From Perkinsela sp. CCAP 1560/9 (lineage: Eukaryota; Protista; Euglenozoa: Kinetoplastea), in assembly GCA_965644495.1 (NCBI GenBank), contig CBFFSA010000019.1:1-64000 (forward strand): DNA of 64,000 nt, in the 5' to 3' direction. A model generated the notes under the pieces. That model was not told where the DNA came from. It did no database searches and worked only from the letters and a program-made list of their open reading frames with translations. Below, piece after piece: positions 46,166 through 58,395 of this stretch (position 1 is the first letter of the stretch; the number at the start of each line of letters is the position of its first letter). Position numbers and translations under genes: made by a program.

Positions 46166-47710
46166 ATTGCGGTGGTTGTATAACTACCGCTCTACCCTCG
46201 ATTATTGAAAAAAAGTGAACACAAACAGTGAAAATATAAAGAGGAACACAGTAATAAAGGAAAAAAATATAAAAGGGGGCTCCGTTGGTCCAAAATTGAA
46301 AAACAAAATTGAAAAAGTGGGGGCTCTAGGGGGGGGTCCATGGGGGGAGGGGGGCATACCGCACGAATTTTTTTTTGAAACAACTAGTCACTCACTACAA
46401 AGAAATTCACGTGGTGAAACTCCAAAAAGCCTTGGCACGACGAGGTCAATATCTGCTCTTCGCAAAGCAAAAAGCCTACAAGGCGCTCTTAAGAGAATAG
46501 GAGGACGAGCTAGTGGAGCTAGCGGCGAAACATTTCGCAGGCTTGGCAGCTCTTCGGTAGCGAGAAAGGTGCTCCAGCGAAGATAGGCTTCGATACATCC
46601 AGATGAGATCAAAAAACTGGGTCGATATCGAATTCCCGGAAGACATCGAGGTGGATGAGGATCTGGAGGAACCCCTTTCTACCGATACTGGCATCTCAGT
46701 GTCTCTCTCGTTAGGTCCACAACAATCTGGACAGGTTCGTATCCACGGTTTGAGCCCTGTGACACGGATTGAAGAGGTGAAAACCGAAGTCGGCAAAGCC
46801 ATTGGCCTACGAAAACACATGATTGCCATCATGGAAAGTTCCTCTGGGGCTATTCTTCCGCCGAACCTGCGCTTAGGGGAGCTCCCCGAGTCTGCTAAAA
46901 TGGTAGCCTCGCTTCACCTCCCCCCCGGAGATCCAGAGGACATGGGTGACTCGATTCAGATTTATGGAATACACTCCTCAAAAAACGCGGTGCGTGTGCC
47001 GGAGAATTTCGAACCTCAATATCTCCCAGCACTACTGTGTGAGCAGCTAGGCATTGACATGGATGGGTAGCGTATGGAGCGCCTCTCATTCGGAGCGTAT
47101 GGGCACCGTTTGGTGCTTCCTTCCTATGATACCGAGATGAACTCTCCGGCCGCACTTCCCCGAACCATAGTCGCATGATGAATCGTATTTGCTCATCGGT
47201 GCAATTCATGTACATTGCCATCAATGCTTCAATCACACCATACGCGTCCTCGGACGTAATCCGCAACATGAAGTTTATTACCAGAGAGCATGTGACATAA
47301 TTCTAATGATACGAATTGCGAAATTTGATATGAATTCCGAACCTTTTGGGGTGACCAAAAAACTTTTTTTTGCCCCCAAAAAAGGTAAAAATACTATTTC
47401 TCCAAAAACGACTCCTAAAACGTATTCGGAGAGCTTGGGACCTCGGCTGCCATTCTACGACGTTTTTTTCGACAGATTCGCCTCCTGCCCCTACTGGTAA
47501 GGCATCCAAAACTGCTCAAATTCGGGTTAAAATTTCGCAATTTTCGCCTAAAAATCGGGCTTTTTCACCCAAAAAAATAGATTATTCAAGCTCTTTTGAC
47601 GATTTTTCTTTTTTAGGATCTTCATTAAACGCGGAGGCAGTTTTCAACGCGAAGCGCGCAGCATGAGTAACTTCTAAGTTGAAAACAACCACCGCGTTTA
47701 ACGAAGAGCC
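46166..47710 (+). mobile_element. Family A-B element with ~950-bp coding-like cargo
   Basis: Both conserved ends are present. Internal ORFs at 46215-46586 and 46603-47070. Confidence 0.65.
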
Positions 47711-49377
47711 TAATTTGCGTATTCACGTATAGTTTTCACGGGATTTTCAACGTTTTTCTCATCTCTATCGAGAAAAGGCTTTCGAGTCTCCCTGAAACCG
47801 CGCGAAACCGCGCTGAAGCCTCACCCGCAGCCCAAGTGAAAACGCATATTTTAAAAAAAATTATAAAAAACGCAATTTTTCCAAGTTGAAATTTCATGCG
47901 CCAAGTCTAGGATGGATCTAACGAGTGACCTAGCGGGGACTGGTTGAAGGACAAATGTAATGCGGTTTGCACGGTACAGGGAAAGAGCATTTTGGGAAGA
48001 ACTTGTGAGCTATAGGATGCCCTCTTTTTCTATTTCTACAAGAAAGCTACAACTCTCTTCACTTTTTACCACGCGTAATCTAGGCGTATCCACACCACTT
48101 GCCGCACAACGTGCCACACCCCTCATCATACCACCTGATATCGCATGGCCCCTCTCAGCCTCTACACCTCCAGCTCTCTTCTGACCCAAGAAATTTCTCC
48201 GGATCCACCGACCGATCTGTCTACCGCGTGCCTTCCTGGGCATGAAACACTGATAAACATCATATAGTTTTTATAGTACTATAGTAGTACTATATACATA
48301 GTAGTGTTTATAGTACTATAAACAAGGTTTATAGTACTATAAATTTTCTTTAAACACTATAAACTATCTATAAATAGTTTTAGTGACCTCTGTAAATTTT
48401 CACATAGGTAGTCTAGTGGTAAGTCGCCTTTTCGGAGCGCGGAGCTTCTTCCACTCTTTGTCAAGATTTGAATTTAACATCACTGAAATTGTCTACGTTT
48501 ATCGAATTCTGGGCGCACGAAAGCGTCAAAGAAGCAGACGGTTCAGAAGATTCGATCGGTAAGACTCGATCAGAAGATTGGTCGTCTGATTTACATTCAG
48601 TGCATTTCAGAGAGGGGGAAGTACGAACTCGATATTCAGGGGCTTTCATTGACGTTGACTTTTCATTCTGTGTTGTGGAATGACTTGGGGACGTTTCTAT
48701 CCATGAATATTCCTTGGCGGGTCGTTTGATGTAAGTATGGGCTACTCGCAAAATGCTTGCGCGATGTTTCACTCATACTACAGAATGCGCTTTTCCGAAG
48801 AGTGATGTAATCCCCACGCGCTAAGCAATTCATTTTATGCTCCCTTGAAGATTCGATCATTCACTTGAATTGCCTTGTGCACCCTCCTGGTATGGTGCCG
48901 GGATCACAGTTTTCGTGTAGCTCATCAGGTACGATGACAAATGTAATCATCAGTGACAATGGCTTTCGAGGGAGGGTGTGTTTGGGCGTGTCAGGGTGGC
49001 TGGGTGGGGTGAGGGGTGGCTGCGCGGGAGCGAATGGCCTAGTTGCGGGGTTCGCTGGACAGAAAATCTACGCACTCATGGCCAAAAAAGGCCTTTGCCC
49101 ACCAAAAAAGCATACCCCCCCAGTAACAAGGATTTGGACTTTTTAGTCCAAAATCGATTCTATTACTGGAGGGGGGGTATACGGTAGCAAAGTAAAAAAA
49201 CGGGGTGGGTAAGAGGAGTGAATAGCAAATAAGAACAAGAGTATGTTATACTATTTCTTCGTATCACTAAAAAGATGTGTGCGTAAAAATGAGGAGTATA
49301 GAAAACATAAGTTTAGAACACTTTTTTTTTATAGAATCTTTGAAGAAAACAATGGCTTGAGACGCGATCTCACTTAC

Positions 49378-50268
49378 ATGATTCTCATAACACAAACGTG
49401 TGATGATCAGTCACCACACATGAAACGTAGGAAACAGCACCGAGACGTCTCAAGTAGCGCGGAAGTCTGTAATCCATCTAGCCGCCCTGGCAAAATACGT
49501 GGAGCTCTTTTACCGCAAGAATATGAACTGCAAAGGCTTATTTCCGATGTAATGTCTCCAGACCCATCCTGGAAGACATCCACAGCTGCATGCGATTGGG
49601 CAGGAGTGACGTGCAACGAACAAGGAGAAGTGACGGAAATTGATTGGAGTTACAGCTCGGTACTTCGTGCATACGGCGGCTCAATTGCTCGCCGATTATA
49701 TTTAGAACATATTCCCAGAACCGTTTTACGAGTATACTTACCAAGCAACGGCTTTTCTGGGTTCGATTGCTTAAGTAATTTGCCTCCGAATCTAACGCAT
49801 CTTGATCTTTGTTTCAACACTTTTACAGGCACAATAAAGTTTTCTAATTTTCCAGCAACGTTGCAAGTAATTGATTTGGGGTACAATAAATTTGAAGGTG
49901 GCGTAGATTTGGGTAGCCTCCCAGCGCATTTGAATAAATTGAATTTGAGTGGAAATCAATTTTCGGGCACGATTAACATATTTGATTTACCAAAGTGCTT
50001 GGTAAGTTTAAGTTTAAACGCGAATGAATTTACGGGCTACACACGTATTCATCCGCGGACGACACATTCAAGTCACGATCCGCCCTACCAAGACCTGGAC
50101 TTTTCTGCTCTCCCAGCCTCCATGGAATATTTTGAAGTTGCGTGCAACCGCCTTACGGGTAAGCTTCACCTCGAAGGTTTACCATCTTCGATTAAGAAAG
50201 CGGACTTTTCAAACAATCAATTCTTCTACATTGAACCATTCTACATTGTACAATCAATTCTACATTGA
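49378..50268 (+). CDS. LRR protein, 5' part (probably interrupted)
   Basis: PGKIRGALLPQE leader, CDWAGVTC cap and LRRs. Ends in duplicated TTCTACATTGAACC sequence at an insertion. Confidence 0.85.
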   Translation: MILITQTCDDQSPHMKRRKQHRDVSSSAEVCNPSSRPGKIRGALLPQEYELQRLISDVMSPDPSWKTSTAACDWAGVTCNEQGEVTEIDWSYSSVLRAYGGSIARRLYLEHIPRTVLRVYLPSNGFSGFDCLSNLPPNLTHLDLCFNTFTGTIKFSNFPATLQVIDLGYNKFEGGVDLGSLPAHLNKLNLSGNQFSGTINIFDLPKCLVSLSLNANEFTGYTRIHPRTTHSSHDPPYQDLDFSALPASMEYFEVACNRLTGKLHLEGLPSSIKKADFSNNQFFYIEPFYIVQSILH

Positions 50269-50415
50269 ACCATGGCTATACGTGCTGTAGCATGACCGAT
50301 GGGCGACTCGTCTCCTACCTGGCACTCCACTCTCTGTGTGACACCCGTCGTATGCGGGTCATGCGCTGATGGTATGGGCCGTCACACAGAGAGACGTATC
50401 TCTGCGCCACGAGCG
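50266..50415 (+). mobile_element. Fragment related to the SL-headed element, inserted in an LRR gene
   Basis: 50266-50302 is identical to 16020-16056 (37 nt). CACCCGTCGTATGCGGG is shared with unit 2 (~16879). Confidence 0.75.
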
Positions 50416-50419
50416 TATG

Positions 50420-50976
50420 ATCATAACCTGGACGAGAACAAGCTATCTGGGTCACTGGATCTCAGTGAACTGCCGGAGGACTTGATTTTTATGGACATCA
50501 GCAGTAATGAGTTTGAGGGTCTTATAAATTTAGAGACACTTCCACCTTCACTTGAGATTTTACGAATCAAATATAACCAATTTACGGGTAATCTTGACCT
50601 CAACGACTTGCCTGAGTCGTGCACCGATTTTGTCGCTAGCCATAATAGATTTTCAGATGCCCTTGATTTACGACATTTGCCGGAAAATCTTGTAAGTCTG
50701 AAACTTGATCACAATTGTTTTAGTGGTGTTCCCGATCTTACAGCTCTCCCTGAAGATCTTGACGAGCTACACTTAAACCATAACTCTTTAGAAGGGAACA
50801 TTCAACTTGATTTGTTACCCGACGGGCTAACGGATTTGTCTTTAAACGATAACCCAAGGCTCTGCGGATCTGTGAGTCAGAGCGCACAGCAGGGTAGAGA
50901 TATTACTTTCTGTAGGACTCGTATCATGGCTGTTGGGGTAGCGGAAATAGAAGGCCATGAACCATCGGAAGAATGA
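50420..50976 (+). pseudogene. LRR protein, 3' part lacking leader
   Basis: NLDENKLSGSLDLSELP... acidic LRRs. The N-terminus of ORF 50299 derives from the insert. Confidence 0.8.
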
Positions 50977-51131
50977 AATTACCAAAAAAAAAAGATAAAT
51001 TTGATTGTTGTCTTTGGCCCAGATTGCGTTCTAGTCTAATTAAATTCGTTTTTTATTTAAGCTAGACTTCTCCATGAAGCATCAAATCTTATTCATTATC
51101 ATCAAATCTGATTCTTTATTCACAGGACCCC

Positions 51132-51648
51132 CGGATGTTCAACTCCAGTGCACCACCCCATTGTCAACTCCAGCGCACCACTTTTTTCACCATACTCGAT
51201 CGTCATTTTTTCTGCGCCTCACGATAGTTGAACATCGTTCATTTTTCCTTTCAACATAAAAACTTACCCAGAGTATTTAAAGAAACCAAGAGGCGTCTTT
51301 TCGAAATGCGCTGTGCCCTCGTCCCCTCACTGCACTGACCCACTCTTGCATTACGCGCCAACTCGCGGCAAACAGTGCTGTGACTTTTGCCAATTATGCG
51401 AGCTATGCTTCGCCGACTCTCGCCAGGTGCGAAGAGTGATTGAATACGATTACGATCGTAAAGACTAAGTCTTGAATAATGGCGCATTTGTAGTGTAGAT
51501 ACGAAGGATATTATAAAATAATACTTCTTTAAATAATTGATGGTGCATTGGAAATGAGAATACAGTTTTTAAGAAAAAGTGGTGCACTGTAAATGACAAG
51601 AAAATTATTTTTTGTGAAAAAAAGTGGTGCGTTGGTGTTGACAATCCG
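51132..51648 (-). mobile_element. Internally deleted IS30-like element, second subfamily
   Basis: Ends CGGATGTTCAACTCCAGTGCACC / GGTGCGTTGGTGTTGACAATCCG, with repeated subterminal copies and CC direct flanks. ORF 51251-51487 is an IS30-type HTH (SIARIIGKSHSTVCRELARN). Confidence 0.85.
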
Positions 51649-51671
51649 CCCTCTTTTGCAGTCTCTGCAGT

Positions 51672-52372
51672 GCTATCCCCCCCTATCCTAGCGTTGCCTC
51701 GGTTGTCTTTCAGACTGTCTCTTGCCGCGAAGCCGCAATCTTTGGGGTGGACTATGGTAAAAATCGGTTGTTGTTTTTAAATCGTCCTTAGTAATACGCG
51801 GGATGCCGCGCCACGTTGTGACATCCTTGGAACGAAGCGAATGAAACCAGGCACTGTGACTCCCCCTTTAATAGAGACCCCCCCTCATCCCCCCTTTAAT
51901 AGAGACCAAATATTGGGGGAATTTGTTTGGGGGGGGAACTTTTTTCCCTGAATCCACAAGGTCGTTGTCTTGAAGTTTACAGTTTGTATTGAACCTTTTC
52001 AGTGACGGCTTCTTCGCCCAGAGTTAGCTTCTTTGCATGCTTAGCATTCGTCGGTCATCCACGCTACAGGGACGACGTACCGGTGCGCAAGCTGTGTCGC
52101 TGGTGTTCGAATAATAAGACGATCACACAATGTCGGTGTAGATCGAACCAATTCCCCTCTTCCCATGTCATGCACTCTCGTCGCGTCCAGATGCGTGCGA
52201 CAAGATGTATTTGGCAACCCGCGTGCACCAATTTCAAAAATCGGCTTTTATTAAAGCAAATTTAGCCCTGTTTATTTCCCACAACATCTTCGGCCTAGCA
52301 ATTCTTGGGCTCCCGTTGTTGACCCCCGCCCCTCCTAGCGTTGCTTTTTCACAAATCCGGGCAACGCTAGTA
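51672..52372. mobile_element. pogo-type MITE (CCTAGCGTTGC family)
   Basis: CTATCCTAGCGTTGCC...GGCAACGCTAGTATAG. Homologous to 13935-14150. Confidence 0.6.
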
Positions 52373-52376
52373 TAGT

Positions 52377-53483
52377 ATTGCGGTGGTTGTATAACTACCG
52401 CTTCACCCTCGATTATTGTAAAAAAAGTGAACAAAAACAGTGAAAATATAAAGAGAAACACAGTAATATAATAGAAGAAAAAAATATATAAGGGGGCTCC
52501 GGTGGTCCAAAACTGAAAAAAAAAATTCAAAACATGGGGGGTCCAGGGGGGGCATACGTCGCGAAATTTTTTTCGAATTTTTTGCTTTTCAAAATCGAAC
52601 GCAGGGAAGTGGTAGAGTAGGCCGCTGCGATAATTCCCCCCCCCCTGGGGGCTTTGTTTTTTCATGCAGGGCGAGACCTGCAGAGATATTTAGGCCCAGC
52701 AGGGGTAGGCGCAATCAACGCTCCCTGCTGAACCTTTTTGCCTTCCGCGGCGACACAGGGAAAAGCGCAGTATATCTTCCCCGGGAAGGCGAAGAGAGAC
52801 GGCCTCATCGGGATAAGATGTCCCGAGATGTTCAGTGAGCGCAATACTCCAGGAAAGATATACGGATTTGTGGGACGCGGATGGCATTCCCATCTTACAT
52901 GCTACAAATGACTTCCATGGTTCATGATACAGCATGGTCAGGGCCATGGATGCATGCTGGCAAATGGAGTCATGATTCATGATGCATCATGGGCATCGGG
53001 GTCCCAGAGAATCCGCCACGGCTGGTGAGCAAGAGAGGTGCATAGAACATCCTCTAGAAAACGCATACAACGTGTTTGTTCGCCGTGTGGGAGACTTCCA
53101 GCTTTTGGAAGCCTCCTGCGTTATGTACCGGTGTCGCGCGATGAAGAAGGCACGCCGCGTGGTCTCGTAGAAGGGTCCTGCAGCGCATGGGGACTCGGAA
53201 CCGTGTTCCGAGCGGGGTGGTGGGAGATGAAGGAAGGCAGGCGCACCCCTACTTTGCGACAAGAGGGAAAATTCCTCTCCTAGCGCCATCCGGAAACGGT
53301 CATTGACATAGTAAAAATATGCCTGTTTCCGGGAGAGAAAACCCAACAAAATAGATTATTCATGACCTTTTGGAAATTTTCTTTTTTAGGCTCTTCGTTG
53401 AACACGGTGGTACTTTTCAACGCGAAGCGAGCAGCATGAGTGACTTCTAAGTTGAAAACAACCACCGCGTTTAACGAAGAGCC
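52377..53483 (+). mobile_element. Family A-B element with ~700-bp different cargo
   Basis: Both ends are present. Followed at 53497 by another left-end palindrome. Confidence 0.65.
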
Positions 53484-54149
53484 TAAAAAAGCTAATTTGC
53501 GGTGGTTGTATAACTACTGCTCTATTGAGGGAGATACGGAGTATCTAACTCGCTTACCAAGGTTAATTCCAAAAATTGAAAATGTCTCCCAAAGAAGCGT
53601 AAGTGTAGATATAGTGGCACTTGAGAGACTGATAGCAGTGGCACGTGAGGCAATGACTGCAGTGATGCAGTGTATCTGCAGTGGCCCGTGCGAGAGTAAG
53701 TGTACTTCCACGTGAGGCAGTGACTGCAGTGATGTAGTGTCCTACCTATCCTAATAGACCGATTTTCATCGGTTAAGAGTACTTCCGTTTTTGTTTTCGT
53801 TTCGACGCCTTTATCTCAGGTGAATTGGCCCCTTCATGCGTCTTGGCCGCTGAACCGGGCGTGGCGATTCCTTCATGCACATTTTCATTTTCGATATCAC
53901 TATCCTTAGGCAAACACTCCTCGTCAGAAGTTTGGCCCACTCCAGTAATCCTTACAGGGGGCGAGGTACCCTTTTTGGTCAGCGGATCCTGCAGTCTTGA
54001 AGTAGTCTCGTCTTTTCCCTAATGGCTTAGGTATTTGACCACTGTTTTTCCTAGGACGTTTCATGATTTGAAAGGTTTGCGAGCTAATCCTGTGATCTGT
54101 TGCTCTTGTCTCAGTCTTTCTCCTCTTTGTTTATGAGGTTGGTATATTT

Positions 54150-54460
54150 TTTCGTGTACCTGCGAGCGCCAAGGTGTCTGCCTTATCATTGTATATGTTC
54201 CCGTTGTGCGATTTCACTTTGCACACGTAACACCTTTTTTCTCTTGACTGGAAAGTTCGTATTTCGAGATCTCATTTCTCAAGGATATTTCCATTTGGCA
54301 TGTTGTTATACCCAATGATGCGCCGTCGGATGCGTGTATGATGGAAAAAATTACATGCATAGAACGAATCCGTGTGAATAACAACGGTTTGAGACTCCTC
54401 AGGTATCCTTTCCAACGCTTCCCTCAGTGATTCAACCTCAGCCCGTTCAGCTGAGCCAGC
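54150..54460 (-). pseudogene. RNase H1-like domain fragment (retroelement-type)
   Basis: SAERAEVESLREAL..VVIHTDSFY and KVKSHNGNIYNDKADTLA. Confidence 0.8.
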
Positions 54461-54663
54461 ATGGGGATGCAGTGTAGCTGCAGTGGCCCGTGTGAGAGTA
54501 AGTGTACTGCCACGTGAGGCAGTGACTGCAGTGATGCAATGTTTAGCTAAAGTGGAACGTGGGTGCAGGTGGACTGCACATGAGACACCCACATGAGAGA
54601 CCGTGCGCCACCAGTCGCCGCACTGGTGTTCCATTTAGAGAATGTTGTTCCAGATCGCCGTTT

Positions 54664-54777
54664 TGCGGAAGAGTGGCTAGCTGTCCGTGTTGCGGAAGAG
54701 TGGCTAGCTGGCCGTGTTATGGAAGAGTGGCCAGCTGGGCATGCTGTGGAAGGGTGGCTAGCTGGTCATGCTGTGGA
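54664..54777. repeat. 27-bp tandem repeat, about 4 copies
   Basis: GCGGAAGAGTGGCTAGCTG(G/T)CCGTGTT variants. Confidence 0.85.
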
Positions 54778-54819
54778 ATCAAAATTACCTCAGGTATGTT
54801 CCTACCTTCTGTCGAAAAA

Positions 54820-55911
54820 AGCTACAGAACACCCTGCTTGAATGTGAAATTAAAGGACGTTTCACCGTGCGAGTCGGAACCAATAATTGAGGCACTGTCA
54901 ACAGATCAAAAAACGTGGAAAGAGAAGCATTGTCTCCTACTCTCTGAGGGAGTAAAGTTGCTGAAGTCCTTACAAGAGGCAGGGGAAACTCGGGGAATTC
55001 AAACACCGAAGCTATGAGGTGTAACACGATGGTGTACCGACAAATTCACCTGCATGCAGTTCTTGGCCGAGAACATGGCCACTGTCTCGGCATTTGTTCA
55101 CAATGAAAGTGAGAAGCCCAAGGCTTCACCCTCCATACTGAAATGTAAACGTTTGCCGGATCAGTTTGGTTTCAGGGCGATCGGTGCCAGTTGCGAAGAT
55201 TTTCTACAGTAATGCAAGATCCTACGCAGCGCCTTGCGTAAATTTTCGGACAACGCTGGTAAGCCAATGGCGACGCACGTTGGAACAACGCTGCAACTTT
55301 TATTCGAGCACAGCGAGAGTGAATCTGCACCGGAACGTCTGAAAGAATCTTTGATTTATCACAAAAAGCGCTTGCAGAAAAACCATAACATGCGATTTTG
55401 GAGCGATATTCTATGGTTTCGCCCAGCGTGGATCGTGCAATTCGCTCGTCCATGCGCATTACAACCCATTTCAGTGGGTCGAGCGAACAACATATTTGAT
55501 AAGAATGCGGATGGAACATCTGCTGAAACTCCTATCTTTGAAATCTCGGCTGACGAGTGGTCGAAGTATGTCTCCTGCTCCGATTATGGTTGGGATCCGA
55601 CGGTATTTCTGAACGAGTACGAGTGGTGGTGTGGTCCCGGAAGTGAGATGTTTCCCTCTGTTTGCGAAGCGGCTACGCACTACGTATGGACGCCTCCCTT
55701 AGTTAACAGATGTGATTCGTGGCTGTCTATAATCGGGTACATGTACAGTTCCAGACAGGCTTCCCTGGCTCCTGATGTCGTCTCTCACCAGATCTTCGTA
55801 CGTGGAAATTGCGACAAATTGGGTTATATTCTTCCGGACGAAGGTGTTTCTCAGGATGGTAGCGATGTTGAAGTATCTGATGTCGAAGAAGATGAATTTG
55901 TTATGCAGTAA
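54820..55911 (+). mobile_element. hAT transposase pseudogene (C-terminal half)
   Basis: PKL*GVTRW, then EWW...FPSVCEAA..P...LS..GYMYSSRQASLAP..V...IFVRGN (hAT dimerisation domain pattern). Confidence 0.75.
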
Positions 55912-56198
55912 TGATTAATGCATAATATTTTATTGGTAATATTAATGCTATGCATAGTATCACAGTATCATACACTGCCGTATAAATGTTTTCTATGTGG
56001 TGATTCTTTATAGTTTCGCCTTAGTTTGCTAGGACTCGAGGGTAAATTCGACTGGCCAAAAAAAAAAATTGGTACCATTGCGGTGTTAGGGGGTAGGCTT
56101 CCGGTGGGCCTAGGGGGTTCACACCAAAAAAAAAAAAATAGATGGGCGACACAAGCAAATCAGTAGAGGGAATTCTTCTTATGGAAGGAATTCCTCAT

Positions 56199-56221
56199 CG
56201 CTAAAGATACCGTTTCTGTAC
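56199..56221 (+). other. Degenerate SL-like remnant
   Basis: CGCTAAAGATACCGTTTCTGTAC. Confidence 0.6.
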
Positions 56222-56470
56222 ATAGAGCATTCCGTGCCAATCCTACGAATCAGCACACTTGAGAGGAAATCATTTTGTATTTAATGGCTAGTGCGCCGAT
56301 GCGAGTCTGTGTGGGTCGGTGCGGGTAACTGGGTCACAGACCCGGGTAATTTACCCGCACAGACCCGCTAATGGGTAATTACCCATCGACCCGGCAGGGG
56401 TATGTACCTGCCAGGAGGTAAAGCTCCCCCCGCAGCAGCGGGTCTGCACCGCCTCGAAGGGCCAGCCGTA

Positions 56471-57222
56471 TAACCCAGATTGAAAGGGGCGAGGTAGATA
56501 CGAAGCAACAGGCGTGGCATTTTCCTACTGAAAAGAAATGGTATCTCCCTGCACGAAGTTTGTCTCCGAGCTAGCAAGCGCTAAGGCTTTTTTCATGCGG
56601 GGAGATACCATTTCTTTTCAGTGGGAATCTTCCACGCCTTGTAGAACTTCCAACGCCTTCGTATCTCCCTCGCCCCTTTCAATCCGGGTTTAATAGAAGA
56701 AAGGAAAATCAAAGAGGGCTCCGGTGGTCCAAAATTGAAACAAATGGGGGATCTAGGGGGTGGTCTCGGCCCGCATTTTCCACCCCTCCCCCCGGGGGTT
56801 CCCCCCCCCGCGTATCCGCAGGACGAGTCCATGAAGTTCGGATTTTTTCGAAAAGAAAACTTTGAAAAAAAATTCAACTTGGCGAAAAAAGAGAAAAAGA
56901 AATTGATTTTTTCATAATCGTTTCCCCTATTGTATTTTGCTAGTTTGGGACTTCGTAGGCTTTAAGTTATTCGTAGGACGTTTCGTAGGCTTTAATTCAT
57001 CCGTACGAGTGATTTCCGACACGCAAATATCGAGTTTAGTGCTCTGAGAGCAAAAATACGCAAAACTCACCCTATTTTTACCCGCAAACCCGCTATTTTT
57101 GGCTCAAATCCTTCCTGTTTCTTCCACTTTTGAAGCCAATTTTGCTTTTTGAGGTTCTTCGTTAAACGCGAACGTAGTGACTTTTAAGTTGAAAACAACC
57201 ACTGCGTTTAACGAAGAACTCA
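56471..57222 (+). mobile_element. Foldback hairpin (56471-56692) adjoining a family A-B copy (56711-57222)
   Basis: Homologous to 17679-17875 and to 3105-3856 respectively. Confidence 0.7.
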
Positions 57223-57564
57223 AAAAAAAATTATGGCGTTCGGAATAGATCATCTCTGGTACTGTTATAGAAGATAAATATTCCAACGCCACGGCACCCA
57301 ACCATAATACTTTCGAAAACGCAATTGTCTGTCTCTCAGAAACCGCGATTTCTGCAGCTGCCGCCCATAGAATGATTGATCGGGTTTTGGTAATGTTTCA
57401 CTCCCCTGTTGCGTAATTTGTGCATGGCACTTCAAGAGAGCCCGTACTTATTCTGTATCTTGGATGGTTAGTTTTTATCTAAATAGTGTTTAATGGGTCA
57501 TTAAAGTTAATTGTTTTGAAAGAAAGCGCAAAAATAAATCGGCGCCGCTTCGCAGCTCCTGTTT

Positions 57565-58196
57565 TCAACGTTTATAATTTGCTATTGCACACCAGCATTG
57601 GACCGTCCAAGACTGGAAGCGGGTACTTTGGACAGATGAAACCAAAGTAAACCGTTTCAGTTCGGATGGGAGACGCTGGGTGTGCGTCGGGTGAATGAGA
57701 AGCCCGACTCCCGGAACACGAAAGGGACGGTGAAATATGGGGGCGGTAGCTTGATGGTGTGGGCGTGCATTGCGCACACAGGGGTGGGCAAGATACATCT
57801 GATTGATGGCAATTTAAACGCTCATCAGTACGTTGAAATTCTGCTCGAAAATCTTGCCCCCTCCATTGAAACCCCGACGAAGTCTTTTTTCAACAAGACA
57901 ATGACCCTAAACACGCAAACAGGCTTGCCAAAGAGTGGTTGGCGAGCCACAGCTATATAGTTTTGAAGTGGCCCCCGCAATCCCCAGATCTCAATCCTAT
58001 TGAGAAAATGTGGGGACACTTAAAACGGCGTCTCTCTGCCTATAAGAAGGACCCAGAGGGAATGATCGAGCTTTGGGGCCTGGCTAAAGTTGTGTGGGAC
58101 GCACTTCCCAGTGCCCTATGCGCGTCTACGGTGAGCAGCATGCCTCGCCGTGTGAGAGCGGTGATTGCTGCGAAAGGGGGGCATACAAAGTATTAG
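57565..58196 (+). mobile_element. Tc1 (DD34E-type) transposase pseudogene
   Basis: WKRVLWTDETK, TVKYGGGSLMVW, FQQDNDPKH, WPPQSPDLNPIE and AKGGHTKY. Two frameshifts. Confidence 0.93.
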
Positions 58197-58395
58197 TTTT
58201 ACCTTGTTTTTACCGTTTATTAATCAAGAAATAATCCATCTTTTTATCAAAAAATCCTCACTCGAAAAGAGTGCAAAAAACGTCTCAATAATATTTTTTA
58301 CTCAAAGGTGTTACAGGTCCTCGTGGAAGCTGCTGCATAGGTAACGGCCCTCATCGTCAGTGTGATGGTACATACCCCTACATAACCCCCATATA

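Noticed and set aside
48260-48385. TATAGTACTATA palindromic AT-rich patch (similar at 14520-14670 and 40465-40490)
   Set aside because: Low-complexity simple sequence with no further supportable structure.
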